A stretch of 64,000 nucleotides of DNA from Lama guanicoe (lineage: Eukaryota): NCBI GenBank assembly GCA_013239625.1, contig MU054212.1, positions 8,127,412 to 8,191,411 on the forward strand. Reading direction: 5' to 3'. The notes under the pieces were generated by a model that saw only the letters and a list, made by a program, of their open reading frames with translations, had not been told where the DNA came from and made no database searches. The position numbers were made by a program, and so were the translations under genes. Positions 1 through 13,493 of this stretch are shown piece by piece (the stretch's first letter is position 1; each line of letters starts with the position of its first letter).

Positions 1-549
1 ATACGTAAACACTTGGATTAGGTTATCTACAATCATCTAGTCCAACATCTCCCAGAGTTCACACACTGGCTGCCTTCTGAAATGTCTCCTACGTGTATGA
101 TAATGTTGCTTCCACAGCATTTCCAACATTCCCATTGTTGAAAATAACAGTGGAAATCACAGAAAGCACACATCGAGAGCCCTACCTTAACAAATCATTC
201 ATTTAAAAAAATTTTTTTCCCTTCTAGCCCTCATTCATCTAACTTGACATAGCGGTGACCATACCTTGTGCGTACTTGAACATTCAGCTTTCTGTTTCAC
301 TTTGTGATGGGCAGTTTCGGGGCTGTCACACATACTCATGGTTGTAGCGTTAATGTGTACAGAATAGTCTTTAGAACTGACTTACCATTATTATCCAAAA
401 TTTTCACTGTTTGATGTATGGAGACTGCTTCAAAACGAACTTGGGTAGGTTTTAAGCTTATAGGTCATAACTGGTTAATTCCCTTTACTGGAAGTCTCAT
501 ACCTGTGTTTCCACATCCCCTGTGAAAAGTTGTTACACTATAGGCTTGC

Positions 550-627
550 TTTTTTTTTTTTTAAATTGAAGTACAATCAGTTACAGTATGTCAATTTTGG
601 GTGTACAGCACAATGTCCCAGTCATGC
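550..627 (-). mobile_element. Short lineage-specific L1 3' terminus
   Basis: T tail followed by ttgaagtacaatcagttac...gtacagcacaatgtcccagtcatgc, shared with the copies at 13.2, 31.6 and 47.2 kb. Confidence 0.8.
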
Positions 628-1769
628 CACTGTGGCCTTTCTGATTGGATATTAAACAAATGTTTCATATACGTAATTTTTAACTTCCAAAATGTGATAT
701 TCTCAAGAGCAATAGACGATACATTCTATTTTAATAATCACACGCCCTCCCAGGCATTAGGCACTTAATATATGCTTCTTGAATTCTGTATAGTCTATAA
801 AACTGGCTTGGTGTCATGTTGCCCAGTGACCTGTGGATGATAGATTTTCAGCATCCCTTACCTCAAATATCATTCTACTTAAAATGCATGCACTGAGGTG
901 TTTGTCTCTGTTCTAAAGTTAGTCATGTTTGAGTCTTCGAGAAAGCAATTCGGATGAACCACAATTCAGATTGTCAGGTTGATATCAAACTCCATTAGGG
1001 AACAAGGACAGTCAAGGTTAAGATAAGTGCCAGAGTGCCTCTGCAGAGGACTCAGTTCTAGGCCATGAGGATTTTGTGTTTTCCAGTACTTCTTCGGAAT
1101 ATGGTGTTAAGCCTTTACGGGACCATGACGTTTCAAAATGTGGTTGTGTTATCCTGTTATTTCTCAAGGCAATGACTAGGCTATATAATATCTGCCTGGT
1201 AGAGTTTCTCTCCTGGGATTCTTGTGTCTCCAACTTTATTTTTGCTCTTAGGGAGAGATATGTTTCAGATCTGAGTGAGGTAATGCCACTCACAGGACAT
1301 TACTTTGGCTTATAAACTGAACTGAACCATTAGCATCTTTTTCCGGTGCCTGGCTTAGAGAGAAACTTGGCTTGGTCTGTGAAAACATATGAATTGAGTG
1401 CTTGGAACATTGTATAATGACACTGTTGCCTCCAACCAGGAGTAACAATTCTATGAAGGTGTCTTGAAATAATAATAGCTAACCACTCTTGCCTCCTGAT
1501 CAAAAAAATAATGTATAATAAAAATTATCTAACTCAAGTACAGTATTTTTTTAAGCTGCATCTCATCAAAACACTTTCTGTCATATAGTAAGATATCAAA
1601 ACATACAACATTTGCTTTTAAAAGTTGATTCCATTAGGTAAAATTATTTTGGATTTCAGGGTGAAAATAGTAGATAAAATTTTTGGTTGGGAAAAAAACT
1701 GACCTTGCTGGCTCAAAGAACAATCATTTACTTGGCCAGAACTTAAATGTTTTTAAATAATACAGAATT

Positions 1770-2085
1770 TTGCCTGTCTTAGGAGGGTCATGAAGACTTC
1801 AGAAGAGGCAGACTTTGAGCTGAGCCTACCTTTGTAACATATGAGTAGGTAAAAAAGAGGGAAAATGTCATTGCAGGCACTAGTCAGAAGATTCAGGGAA
1901 CAGAGCATCAGCCCTCTCAATGGGGCAGGGGGATGACCTATTCTTTAATGTGATAAATGGAGGATTAAGAAGAAAGATAAGCTGGGGTCAAACTGCACCA
2001 AGTCCCAAATACCTGACTAAGTTATTTAAACTTTAAGATAGTAGGAAATACTGAACATGATGCAAATACTCTATAGAAAAATTAA
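1770..2085 (-). mobile_element. L2 fragment
   Basis: gaagacttcagaagaggcagactttgagctgagcc...cattgcaggc are antisense L2 motifs. Confidence 0.55.
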
Positions 2086-2089
2086 TAAG

Positions 2090-4010
2090 TTTTAAGATGG
2101 CAATCTACATAGTTTCCCTTCTCTCCAGATCTTCAACTGAAATAACAAAAAAATAGATAGGTAGGTAGGTAGGTAGATAGATAGATAGCAATTCTGGAAA
2201 CATGAGGACCAGAAATTGACAAAGTTCTCAAAGATGAAAAAAGGGGACAGGATTGTACTGCTAGCTAATTTTTTGAATCAAAAGAAAAATGAAAAAAAGA
2301 ACATGAAATAATTCAGAGAATTACTATAATCCAGATAAAATAATTTTGAGCATAGAAGAAAACAACAAAACCTAATTACTCTCCTTAAATAGTATGAAGC
2401 ATATTGCATCCATTAAATTCTACTACCCTCTTTTCAAAAGAAGAGTAGATATGGGCAAGAAACAATTAGAAAACATGAGTTCTTGCGAACTAAAAGTCAA
2501 GAGAAAGACTTCGTGAATATAGCTAAAGAGTATTCCAGAGTATAAAGCAAAAGATGAGAAGGTGGAAAATGTGAGAAAAGTATTCGAGATGTGGATGGAT
2601 AATCTAGGTCCAACATTAAGAGTCTTTTAAAGAAAAAAACAAAGACATTGGAGAGAAAGAAATAAAGGCATAAGGATTCAGATTAAAGGAGACCACTGAA
2701 TGTGGAGTAAAATGTAAAAAATCCTAAACCCATCTTGGTGAAATTTCAGGGTAACAGAAGCTTAGAGCTTCTGAGGTGAACAATCAAACAACAAAAAGAT
2801 GACCCACAGAAGAGTGATCACTTGAATGGCATAAACTTTGATACGTGATACTGGCGGCTGGGGTAGACAGTGGTTCCATGCTTTCAGAGTATGAAGGGAA
2901 TTGATTTTGGAACCGTAATTCTGTACTCAGCCCAACGATGAATAAAGTATGAGAGCAGACAGACATTTTTTGACATGAAAAGGCTTAAATTTCTCTTACC
3001 TCTCAAAAAAACAACTTGAAGATGTAGTCTAGGAAAATCCAAGAGAATAAAATGAAGGATAAATTTACATCCAAAAAACTATGTAACTAATGGAAGAGTC
3101 CAACTGTAAGAAATATCAGAATGCCAGCAGTAATATCAAAGCTATTTGCTCAAATTAGGTAGTGGGTTCCATGATGAATGTCTTACAGAAAAAAAAAAAG
3201 TCAATTCTATTTATATTTAGACTTAGAATCTGAGGGGGTTTTTTTATCATATGATGATAGTATATGCTGCTTCTGTCAAAAAAAAGTTAAAATCTCCAGG
3301 AAAAGCAAACTATATAAATATAGAAATACAGAGATACAGATACAGATATGCCTAGTACATAGATATGTTAAGATTCAAGTTCAGTTTTAAAATGAGGCAT
3401 ATTTTGGATCAATGGCCTATGAAAAAGAGAATCCATTTGACCTTGATGCTTATTTTCATTGCAAGAGTCAATGAAATATTTCTTTCTCTGTGGAAGTTAG
3501 GACCACTTGATTTTGGAGAGAATAAGAAATTACATAATCATAAATGTCATTCACTAGTTCAAGTTTAGAAGCAATCTAGGAAGACTTAACTACAGTCATA
3601 GAACATAATGTAAATACAAGGGATAAAGGAGACACCGTGGTAAAACCATGCAAATTCAAAGCAGAAAGTTGAGAAGAAACACACAAGATAAAGAGTCAGT
3701 AGGTAATATTTCTCCGAATAAGTCAAGAAATTTTAAGAATATCACTTGAAGTTGTAAAGATAACCACTGGAATAACGTTAAATGTTAATAGTAATTGAGA
3801 GGAGAAAATTAATAGATGTTGAATGTCTTTTATAGAAGAAAGTAGATACTGCGTTGATCAAGAATACAACATATCTAAGTTTTTAGATACAATTGTAACT
3901 CACAAGAACTGAAAATAGTTTAAAAATTACACATCTGATATTATACATTCTGTAGTCCTAAAATTAACATGTGCATATTACTTGTATAAAGTGCAAACAT
4001 TAACTATTCA
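2090..4010 (+). mobile_element. Very old, A-rich L1 ORF1-like / HAL1-like element
   Basis: Strongly A/purine-biased 1.9 kb tract with decayed ORF1-type motifs (catcttggtgaaatttcag, gattttggaaccgtaattctgtactcagcc, cagacattttttgacatg). No ORF2 motifs recognised. Confidence 0.55.
2154..2188. repeat. Compound tetranucleotide microsatellite TAGA(TAGG)4(TAGA)3TAG
   Basis: Read directly from the sequence. Confidence 0.95.
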
Positions 4011-6399
4011 TATATGTAGAATGGGCTGAAAGGAAAGAGCCTCGACACGAAGAGTCCTGGAAACGATCACATTGCTCTGTATCTCAGGTGATGTGAATTT
4101 GGTGGAAACAAAAAAAAAAAATTGAGGCAATTTGAGAAGAATTGATAGGATTTGGTAGTTGGGTAGACAACTGAACAAGATAATTTTTTTTAAAGAAATA
4201 AAGCAAAGATATATAATATTTTCAAACTGAAGCTACTGACAAAATGACACTCAAGATAATATACTTATTTTAAAACGTACTGTTACCTTGCTGTTTCTTA
4301 CTCAGTAGTATATCTCCAGGCTGGTTGAGAAGTGAAAATGTAGCACTTTATTAGGTGAAACTTATAATATGGTCAAATGTTCATCATAATTAGAATACAG
4401 GAAGCCAGTTATTTTGTATTTAATCATAAATGCCAAATATATTACACTAAAGAACCCACTTTAGGCCACAGTAAAGAATAAGTTAACATCATTTTTGGGG
4501 TCAGAACTTTCATATAAACAACAAAGGATCAATGCTTCAGGCTAACGTGTATACTGGCCCTGTCAGATCTCTTTCAGTGATTTGATTTGTGGCAGAGAGA
4601 AAAGTGCTCACATTGTATTACATTAGAAGCTCTCAGAGTCCCAGGATTCTGAATCTTCGTCGAGTTTTCAGTGACTTTCTAACCTGCTGCGCTACCATGA
4701 GCAGTTGGGATTTTAGCAACTTTCCAGACTTGATCCTATTTACTAAAAGTTTTAAACACTTAACTTGAAGCTTTGAAGGATAGAGATCTTCTGAAACTGC
4801 TTCGTAAATGTTGAACTCCCCTTTCATTCACATCCTGACCCATCCCTCACTCGTGGAGTGTCCTTTACAATTATTTGCTGAAAGCTTTTGACTATAAATA
4901 CCACTTTTTTCAGCCTGCAGGCTGAAAAGCCTTTTATACAGATAAACATATTTCAATTCTACCGGTAACTGTATATATAACTTGCTTTTCTTTCGCAAAT
5001 GGAAACAAGATTCTCGAGATTAATGAAATTTACTAAGACCTAGGGAACAGGATCTAAAAGCTCTCTTAACCTCCATTTCTCATTTTGGAGAGAATTGTAA
5101 TCATGTTAAAATTATGCAGAAAGCCTGGCTCTTACTTTTGCCTGACTGATATTCAAAAGAAATCAGGAAAATGTCTTTCCAGTGAATTTAGTAACTTCCT
5201 TTATGCCACAGACAGCATTATGGACGGTAACCTCTCATCAGTGTAGGGCTTTGTCTTCTGCCACGTAAAATCAGTGTGAAGACATTCGAAGACTTTGGGC
5301 GAATTCTTTTTCTTTTGTTTTGTGGTTGGGGTTTTCCCCTGCATGTTGCGAATGGCTAAAGTGATGAATTTAAAGGATGGAAGTAAACGATTCTTTTGCT
5401 TGGAGGAGGGGAAGTGGAGAAAATAAAATATGTCATGCAGGTTAACTACACAGTTTAGAACCGCATAATTAGGGAACATTGGGGGTTATTCTTAAAGTGT
5501 TCTAAGTGAAATCGAGCTGCTCGCGTTAACACTAGCGAAGCCATATTTCTTGTCTTGATCTGAATGTGTCCTTTTATATAGTGTTCGTACAATGCATGAC
5601 ATAAGCATGGATTTGCAGCTGTTTCATAACCGCTGTGAAGTTTGTTGGCTCAGCTCCACAGCACTGTGTCCAAGCTTCAGGAACTCTCCTCGAGCACTGC
5701 GAATGTGGGAGGAGGCCATTTGTGGAATGATTTACTTTTCCCAGAGTTGAGTGTTTTGCGTGCAGAATGTGGGGCTGCTGTTCAACAGGTTGTGTCCAAA
5801 TGTAAGTGACCGGGCCAGAGAGATTGTCTTTGGACCTGTCATCCAGCCTCAGAACTTACCCTCCAAGGAACTTGAAATGTTCTAACCAGCAGAAGGAAAC
5901 AGCAGTGCTTTATTTCTTCTAAGCCGCACTCGCTTTATGAATTTTTAAGCTGATATTTTCATTTGCTGAAAGCATAGTGCTTTGGACTTGAATGATGTAA
6001 TCTGATTAGTCAGAGCAATTGTGAAGATGAGATGGCGGTAGCTGAATGTTCCTGGCTCCCGCTCCTCGTCCTGGACGGACAGGGACTCTGAGAGGACAGC
6101 TCAGATCCTGTTACATTTACATCATCATTCATTTGACCAAGTTGCTCTCTTCTTCCCGGCTGTGTGATGAAGCAAGCTGAAGTATTTTAAAGTGGCAGCT
6201 GAGAGGTCTAGCAGTCCCACTGAACATAGACCGATGCAAAGGTCAGATGGAAGAATCTGTTTCTACAAGAGCATTTGTAATGGATTCAAAATGGGAAGTT
6301 TACATCCTTCTCTCCGCTAACTACAGACAGACAAAGTCTTTTCTTCTGCTGATACGAGGGGGCACAGCCAGGACCCCCGGTTAAGAGTCAACCCGGTTA

Positions 6400-6800
6400 A
6401 ATTCCACTCTTGCTGTATGTGGTGGGGAATGCATTTCTAAGGGTAGTGAGATTGTGCTGAGCCTTAAGTGCCAAAAGTAAACTGTAGAATTTTCATTCTG
6501 CGAGTGATAGGGAGCCACTGAAGACTTTTGAAAAAGGAGAGAGGGAAGGTAGTCTTCACGGTGATACATCAGAAGCACAGACCGGAGCATCAGGAAGCAA
6601 GGAAACCCCTCCAGGGTCTCTCGAGCCAGGCATGGGTTGTTGTGTTGGGAGCAGGATGTCAGAAGTGGGAGAGGAGGCAGAGGGGCCTCCATGTCACACG
6701 ATGAAATGAACAGGTAGGTGACCAAATCAGAGAGATGGGGAGGGAAGGCAGGCAAAGATTCTGAGGATTCAGAACTGAGTGCTGGATTTGGGTCCAGTTC
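6400..6800 (-). mobile_element. L2 fragment
   Basis: gaattttcattctgcgagtgatagggagccactgaagacttttgaa is an antisense L2 motif. Confidence 0.6.
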
Positions 6801-7526
6801 AAGCAGTAGACATGGAAAAAGAGAGAGCCAAGGAGGGGAGAGTCTTGCACGTGAAATGCACTGTGAATTGTCTAAAACTGCGGTGCCAACCTCATTCCTG
6901 CCTCTGCCTCTGGTCTGTGAGTGAGAGAATGTGGCGATGAGCAGAGACCCCACACCATATTTTTACAAGGTACTTCTGGAAACATGAGTGGAGATTTGAT
7001 TTTTTTTTTTTTTGAGTTGATTTGGCAGCTCTGCAGAAAAATCAGTGTCACCAGAAACCCTTCACCGGCATCTGTCCCCTCCTCTCACTGTGCTGTAGTG
7101 AGTCAGGAACCTCTGGGTGTCTTTGGCATCCTTCAGAGCTCCAGGTATAAAAAAAAGTGGGGGTGGTGGTGAGGGGAGGTTCCCTCTATTTGCAAACTCC
7201 CAAGCCAGCTTGGGGTGTGGCTGGGATAGGAGAGAGGGCAGGATTCCTCTCAGGAACACTCACCAGCCCTTACCTCGACTGTCTCCAACTAGTCATGTCA
7301 TCTTATGGCTTGAACTTGAGGTTCTGAGCCATTCCTGGGTCTTGAGCTTTTGGTAATTGAAAATCAGACTTCTATAGCCCCCAGACTTCAGGTTATTCTC
7401 TCTGCCATGGGATTAAAAGTCTCTTTTGAAACTTGGTCCTTGAACCCTGATTGTTTTCTCCTCTCGAATTCCTGCTGTAACAACCCCTTGCTGAGAAGAT
7501 GGAGGGTGAGCCGGTGAGGCAGGGTG

Positions 7527-8075
7527 TGTGTGATAGGGTGCATGTCCCAAAGCTGGCCACCACGGCACCTCCCACACACTTCCCTGCCTGCGTGATGCTG
7601 ACACTCCCGCTGAGCATGTCGGTGGAGTCGGTATCCCTTCCTCTTGAATCTTGATGGACTTCAGCGGCTGCCTTGACCAGCAAAGGATGGCACGAGTTAT
7701 GGTCTGTGACTTTCAAGACTAGCTTTTCGAACCGCCACGCCCTTCTGCCTGCTCTTTAGGGAGTATCGTGCTGGGAACCCAGCTGCCGTGCTGTGAGGGA
7801 GCCCAGGCCACACGGAGACGTCTGTGCAGGTGTTCTGCCAGCGCCCAGCTGAGGTCCCACCCAAAAGGCAGCAGCAACCACCGTTCATGAGACTGAGGCG
7901 GTATTAAGATGATGTCAGTTGTCAGCCACCTTCTAATTACCACTGTGAGAGATGAGTGACAGCCACCTAGCGGAGCCCAGTCAACCTCCAGAATAACAAG
8001 AGGTTATAAAATGATGGCTGTTGTCTTAACCCACTCAGTTTTAGGATGATTCATTATGCAGAAATCGAGACTCAG
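7527..8075 (+). mobile_element. MaLR solo LTR (MLT1 family)
   Basis: cctcttgaatct...gtgactttcaagactag...ggaacccagctgccgtgctgtgagg...ctgttgtcttaacccactcagttttagg..ttatgcag are MLT1 LTR motifs. Confidence 0.75.
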
Positions 8076-8081
8076 CTGGGT

Positions 8082-8570
8082 GGTGTTGTCTATTACTGTG
8101 TAACAGACTACCCGCGAACTCATTAGCTTAACCATTTTTGTTATAGCTTGTGGTTTTATGAATCAGAAATTCAAGGAGGTCTTGGCAGGGCAATTTATCC
8201 ATCAGCTGTAGTGGCTGGATCTGAAGGATGTCCTTTAGTCATATGTTTGGGGGCTTAGAACTCTGCAGGTTCACTGCCTCTCTGTCCATCCCCACTCTCT
8301 CCTCCCCATGGTCTCATCTTCTGAGGCCTCTCCACGTGGCTGTACTTCCCATAGCCTGGTGGTCCCAGGGTAGCTGAACTCCTTACAGAGCAACTGACTT
8401 CCAACAGACCAAGACAGAAGCCAGTTGTTATAAGATCTAGGCTAGGAACTGGTTGGCATAATTTTTTTACCAAAATCTATTGTTCAAAGCTGCCACAGGG
8501 CCTGTCCAGATTCAAGGAGGAAAAATAGATCCAACCTCTGGAAGGGAAGAGTGTCAAAAATTATGGCCCC
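8082..8570 (-). mobile_element. MaLR solo LTR (MLT1 family), opposite orientation
   Basis: tctattactgtgtaacagactaccc...tcagaaattcaagga...ccacagggcctgtccagattcaagg..aaatagatccaacctctgga. Confidence 0.75.
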
Positions 8571-8629
8571 AGTGGACAAAGTGGGAACCTAGCTTTCTAT
8601 CTCAAAATACTACCTCGTAAATCTTGGTA

Positions 8630-8755
8630 CCCCTGTTTTATGGTGAAGAAGCTGAGGCTAGGAGAAGTAATTGTCCAGGGTTACTTACCTTGTAAGCACC
8701 AGTATCTGATTTCAAATCCAAGTCTGTTTTAATTCAAACCATGACCTCTTTCCAC
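8630..8755 (-). mobile_element. MIR
   Basis: ccctgttttatggtgaagaagctgaggct...tttcaaatccaagtctg. Confidence 0.6.
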
Positions 8756-8801
8756 TTCCCTTCTGTGCAAAATACAGTAAATGTACAATTTATACTCTAT
8801 T

Positions 8802-10954
8802 TTTTTATTGATATATAGTTGACATCACATTAGTTTCAGGTGTACAACATGGTGATTAGATATTTTGTATATATTGCAGCATGATCGCCACAGTAAGTCT
8901 AGTTAACATGTATCACCACACACAGCTCTAGATTTTTCTCTTGTGTTGAGAACTTTTAAGATCTACTCTTTTAGCAACTTTCAAATATATAATCACTATT
9001 ATTAACTATAGGTACCATGCTGTCCGTTACATCCCTAGGACTTACTTATTTTATAAGTGGAAACTTGTACCTTTTGACCCCCTTCACACATTTCACCCAC
9101 CCCTTACCTCCACCCCCATCTCTGGCAACCACTGATCTATTCTCTGTGTCTATGAGGTTTTGGGGGTTTTGTTTTGTTTTCTTTTGGTATTCCACATATA
9201 ATTGAGATTATATGACATTTGTCTTTCTCTGTCTGACTTACTTCACTTAGCACAGTACCAACAAGGTCCATCCATGGTGTTGCAAATGGCAAGGTTTCCT
9301 CCTTCTTTATGGCTGAGTAATATTCCATTGTGTGTCTGTATCACATTTTCTTTATCCGTTCATCTATCAGTGAACACTTAAGTTGCTTCCATGTTTTGGC
9401 TATTGTAAATAATGCTGCTATAAACATGGAAGAGCACATATCTTTTCAAGTTAGTGTTTTCATCTCCCAGAGTGTAATTGCTGGATCATACGGTAGTTCT
9501 ATTTTTAATTTTTTTGAGGAAACTCCATATGTTTTCCCGAGTGGCTGCACCAATTTTACTTTTCCACCAACAGAGCACAAAGGAGATCTTTTCTCTTTTC
9601 TCCACATTCTCATCAACATTTGTTTATTTTTATAATAGCCATTCTAACAGGTGTGAGGTGATATTTCACTCTGCTTTTGGTTTGTATTTCCTTGATCATT
9701 AGTGACTTTAAGCATCTTTTCATGTACCTGTTGTTCATCTGTATGTCTTCTTTGGAAAATGTCTATTCAGATCCTCTGTCCATTTTTTAAATTTTGCTTG
9801 GGTTGTTTTTTTTTTTCTTTTTCTTTTTTTGTTTTACCTTTGAGGTGTATGAGTTCTTTGTATATTTTGGATATTAACCCCTATCGGATGTATGGTTTGC
9901 AGATATTTTCTCCCATTCGGTAAGTTGTGTTTTTGTTTTGTGGGTGGTTTCCTCTCCTGTACAGAAGCTTTTCAATTTGATGCTGCCTCATTTATTTGTG
10001 CTTTTGTTGCCTTTGCTTTTGGAGTCAAATTTTTTTTTAAATGACTGTTGAGATCGATGTCAGGGAGCTTACTGCCTTTGTTTTCTTCTAGGAGTTTTAT
10101 AGTTTCAGATCGTGTGTTCAAGTCTTTAATCCATAGTAAGTTTTGTTTATAGCATAAAATAGTGGCATTCTCTTGCATGTGGCTGTTGGGTTTTCCTAAT
10201 GCCATTTATTAAAGAAACTGTCTTTCCCTACCATGTATTCGTCAAAACTCCTTTGGGTAAATTATTTGACCATATATGTATGGGTTTATTTCTGGACTCT
10301 GTTCTGTTCCATCGATCTGTTAATCTGTTTTTATGCCAATACCATACTGTTTTGATTACTATAGCTTTGTAATGTTGTTTGAAATTGGGAAGAGTGATGC
10401 CTCCAGCTTTGTTCTTCCTTCACAAGATTGCTTTGGTTATTTGGGGTCTTCTGTGCTTCCATACAAATTTTAGGATTATTTGTTTATTTCTGTGAAAAAT
10501 GCCATTGGAATTTTGATAGGGATTGCATTGCATTTGTAGATTGCTTTGAGTATTATGGGCATTTTAACAATATTAATTCTTCCAATCCACAGGCCTGGAA
10601 TATTTTTACATTTATTTGCATATTCTCCAATTAGTTTGATTTCTTTCATCATAGTTTTCAATGTACATGTCTTTCACCTCCTTGGTTAAATTTATTCCTA
10701 GGTATTTTACTATTTTTTATGTAATTGTAGTGGGATTGGTTTTTTAATAGTTCATTATTAGTGTATAGAATGCAATGGGTTTTTGTATATTAATTTTGTA
10801 TCCTGTAACTTTACTGAATTTATTGCTTCTAACAGTTTCTTGGTGGAGTCTTTGGGGTTTTCTATATACGATATCATGCTATCTGTTACTAGTGAGAGTT
10901 TCACTCCATCCATTCTGATTTGGGTACCTTGTGTTGCTTTTTATTGTCTAAGAC
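8802..10954 (-). mobile_element. 5'-truncated L1 (L1MA-like), 3' UTR plus decayed ORF2 C-terminus
   Basis: Minus-strand ORF remnants [28 protein letters not shown] and MEYYSAIKKEE..PFATPWMDL are classic L1 sequence. TSD tttatactctatt (8789-8801) / tttatactatatt (10955-10967). Confidence 0.93.
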
Positions 10955-12799
10955 TTTATACTATATTAATTCTAAAGTGCTGTCTTCATTAAGGAAGATA
11001 CTGTCTCCCCCATCCCACCCCCAAAACACACACACACTGCATGTCTAATTTTTTAAAATCTTGGGAAATATTCAGTGGCCTGGCTTGGGTCACAGACCTA
11101 ACTCTGAACCAATCTCTAGGTCCAGGAGGATGGAATATTATCATTGTCATTCTAGTAGATTCTTGCCAAGGTTTGAAGGACTAGTTCCCAGAAGAAGGAG
11201 GGTAAGACAAAAATAATAATAATTCACTAGACATGCTTTTTGCACTATGTGCCATTACTTCTCATTCATATTGATTCCAGTCCTGCCTCTTTGAAGGCTG
11301 ATCGCATCCTCACTGAAGAGACTGGGGATGGGGCTGTTGGGGAGGGTATGAAAGGCAGGCTGGGTGAGGCGATAAACCCAGGAATTGATCTAGCTCCATC
11401 AGCGAACTGTTAACTCATTGTGGCTCCCTGTATGTTAAGACTAAGATCCCTTTGGATTTCCTAAGGGCAAATTCCTCCATATAGAAATGAACTGGAAGCT
11501 ACTTAAAGGTGACCTTTGATGTTCTCATGTGCTCTTCTCTGCAGTTGGACCTCTCATGTTCATGTTCTATAGCGAATGTACATTGAGCACATGCAGATGC
11601 TTGGCATTATAAGCTCTCAAGTTAACAAAACATAAGTGCTAATTAAAACATTTCTGATGGAAACTTAGTCTTCATAATTTCCAGTTGCAACCTTTTTTTT
11701 TTTTTTGATGAAGCTTCTTTAATTTTCTTCTTACAAATTGTATTTGGATGAGGTCAGAAAATGGGGAGTTTCTCTTCCATTACTCACACTGCTTCCCAGC
11801 TGCCGGCCTCATGTTCCCTTGATGCACTGTTGAGGGACCATCCGTTGAGCCCTAGTTCTGCTCCCATGCGCACCAGCCTGGACAGAGAAGCCCCAGGCTC
11901 AGGAAGCCCCTCCCTCCCAATGTCCCTCGTTGCCATTGGTGGCTTCCATTCTGAGTGGCTCTGAAGCTCTGGAGGCCACTGTACCTGTTAGAACCACTGT
12001 CTCTCCAACCGTCTCTCCACCTTGGCTTTGTATGATATTAAAGAGTCTCTCATTCAGTTTGGATTTTTTAATATTCCTTGCCACTTAACTGAGTCCAAGA
12101 CGCCTTTTATCCTTTTTCAATTGTCCTACCCCGTCAGTTCAACAGGATGTGTTTCGTTTAAACATGGACATAAAATAGGGGAAGGAAACAAGGGTATTTC
12201 ATGAACTGGGGCACGGACATATTTCAGTGAGAGCATTCATTTGAACAGGCACGTCTAGCGTTGGATGGTTGAATTGTAACAGTCTTCACATAGTGAAAAT
12301 GAAAGCAGACTTGAGCTTTGCAAAGAAATACCAAAAAATGCCTGTGGTTGCCTCTCCCCTCCAGAAGATATCAAAGAAATGGATATTGATAATTGAAGCT
12401 TACTCAGAAAAAGAAAATAGTTAATTGCTATAAATAAGGGTATGAAACTTAATTTTCTCTATTAATCGCATATACTGCTGACCCCCAGTGCCGGCATCTC
12501 TTCCTTCCCCTCCTCCCTTTTCTTTGACCATAATCTACAGCTCCTGCCCCCCCCCACGTCTTCCATCCCTCTCTCCCATGAATACTGCTCCCCTCTCCTG
12601 TCTCTCATCGCAACACGTTCTCTCTGCCTCCAGTCTTTTCCTGGCTTTAACTTCTGGCTCCCCAGACTGAACTGCCTTTAGGGCAGCATCTGCCATCTCT
12701 TGCTTCCGTATCCTTCTGCTGGCTCATCCCTGCTCCTCCCCAACCCTAAATTCTGCACTCTTGCACCCAGGTGTTATCAGACCCTAGTGGAAGGCAGAC

Positions 12800-13035
12800 T
12801 GAGTTAGTGAATAAGAATGACGGCTTTGACTCCTGGCAGGTGTGTTCATGCCCAGCTTTGCCACTTCCTGGCTGGTGATCTGCCTAAGTTATGTAACTAG
12901 TTACCTCCTCTGACAAATGGGGTTTCGAATCGCCCCTTCCTCATCAGTTTCCGTGAGGATGAAAATACCTATCCAATTAAAATACAGCACTTGGCCCATC
13001 ACAAGTACTCAGTACGTATTAGGTGTTGTTATGAT
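12800..13035 (+). mobile_element. MIR
   Basis: cccagctttgccacttcctggctg...aaatgggg...gtgaggatgaaa. Confidence 0.65.
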
Positions 13036-13172
13036 TGTTGTTGGAGAGAATTCCACTTCTGTGCCCACCAGCACTGCTAACACGACTACAAAGCAATGGC
13101 TTCTGTGGTTTTAAGCCGGTCTTCACCGTGGCCATTCAAAGCCCGGTACGTCCTGGTCCCTCTGTGGTCTTT

Positions 13173-13493
13173 ATTCCTTTTTTTTTTTTTTTAAATTTCT
13201 TTTTAGTGAAGTACAGTCAATTACAATGTGTCCATCTCTGGTGTACAGCACAATGTCCCAGTCATGCATATACATACATATATTCGTTTTCTTTCTTTTT
13301 TTCCATTTAAGGTTTTTACAAGATATTAAACACAGTTCCCTGTGCTATACAGAAGAAACTTTTTCCTAAAATCTGTTTTTATATATAGTGGCTAACATTC
13401 GTAAACCTCAAACTCCTAAATTTATCCCCTCCCACTCCCTTTCCCCGGTAACCATAAGATTGTTTACTATGTCTGCAAATCTGTTTCTGTTTT
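13173..13493 (-). mobile_element. Lineage-specific L1 3' end
   Basis: Same 3' UTR family. TSD cctctgtggtcttt (13159-13172) / cctctgtgatcttt (13494-13507). Confidence 0.88.

Noticed and set aside
4317..4562. Possible hAT (Tip100-type) MITE bounded by CAGG...GGCCCTG
   Set aside because: The terminal inverted repeats are too weak and there is no convincing 8-bp TSD; it needs a Dfam search.
6381..6953. 190-aa minus-strand ORF
   Set aside because: Overlaps a decayed L2, has low-complexity Leu/Ser/Pro composition, and shows no recognisable protein.
9137..10661. ORFs resembling reverse-transcriptase protein
   Set aside because: Frameshifted, stop-ridden remnants of L1 ORF2 in a truncated copy; not a gene or an active element.
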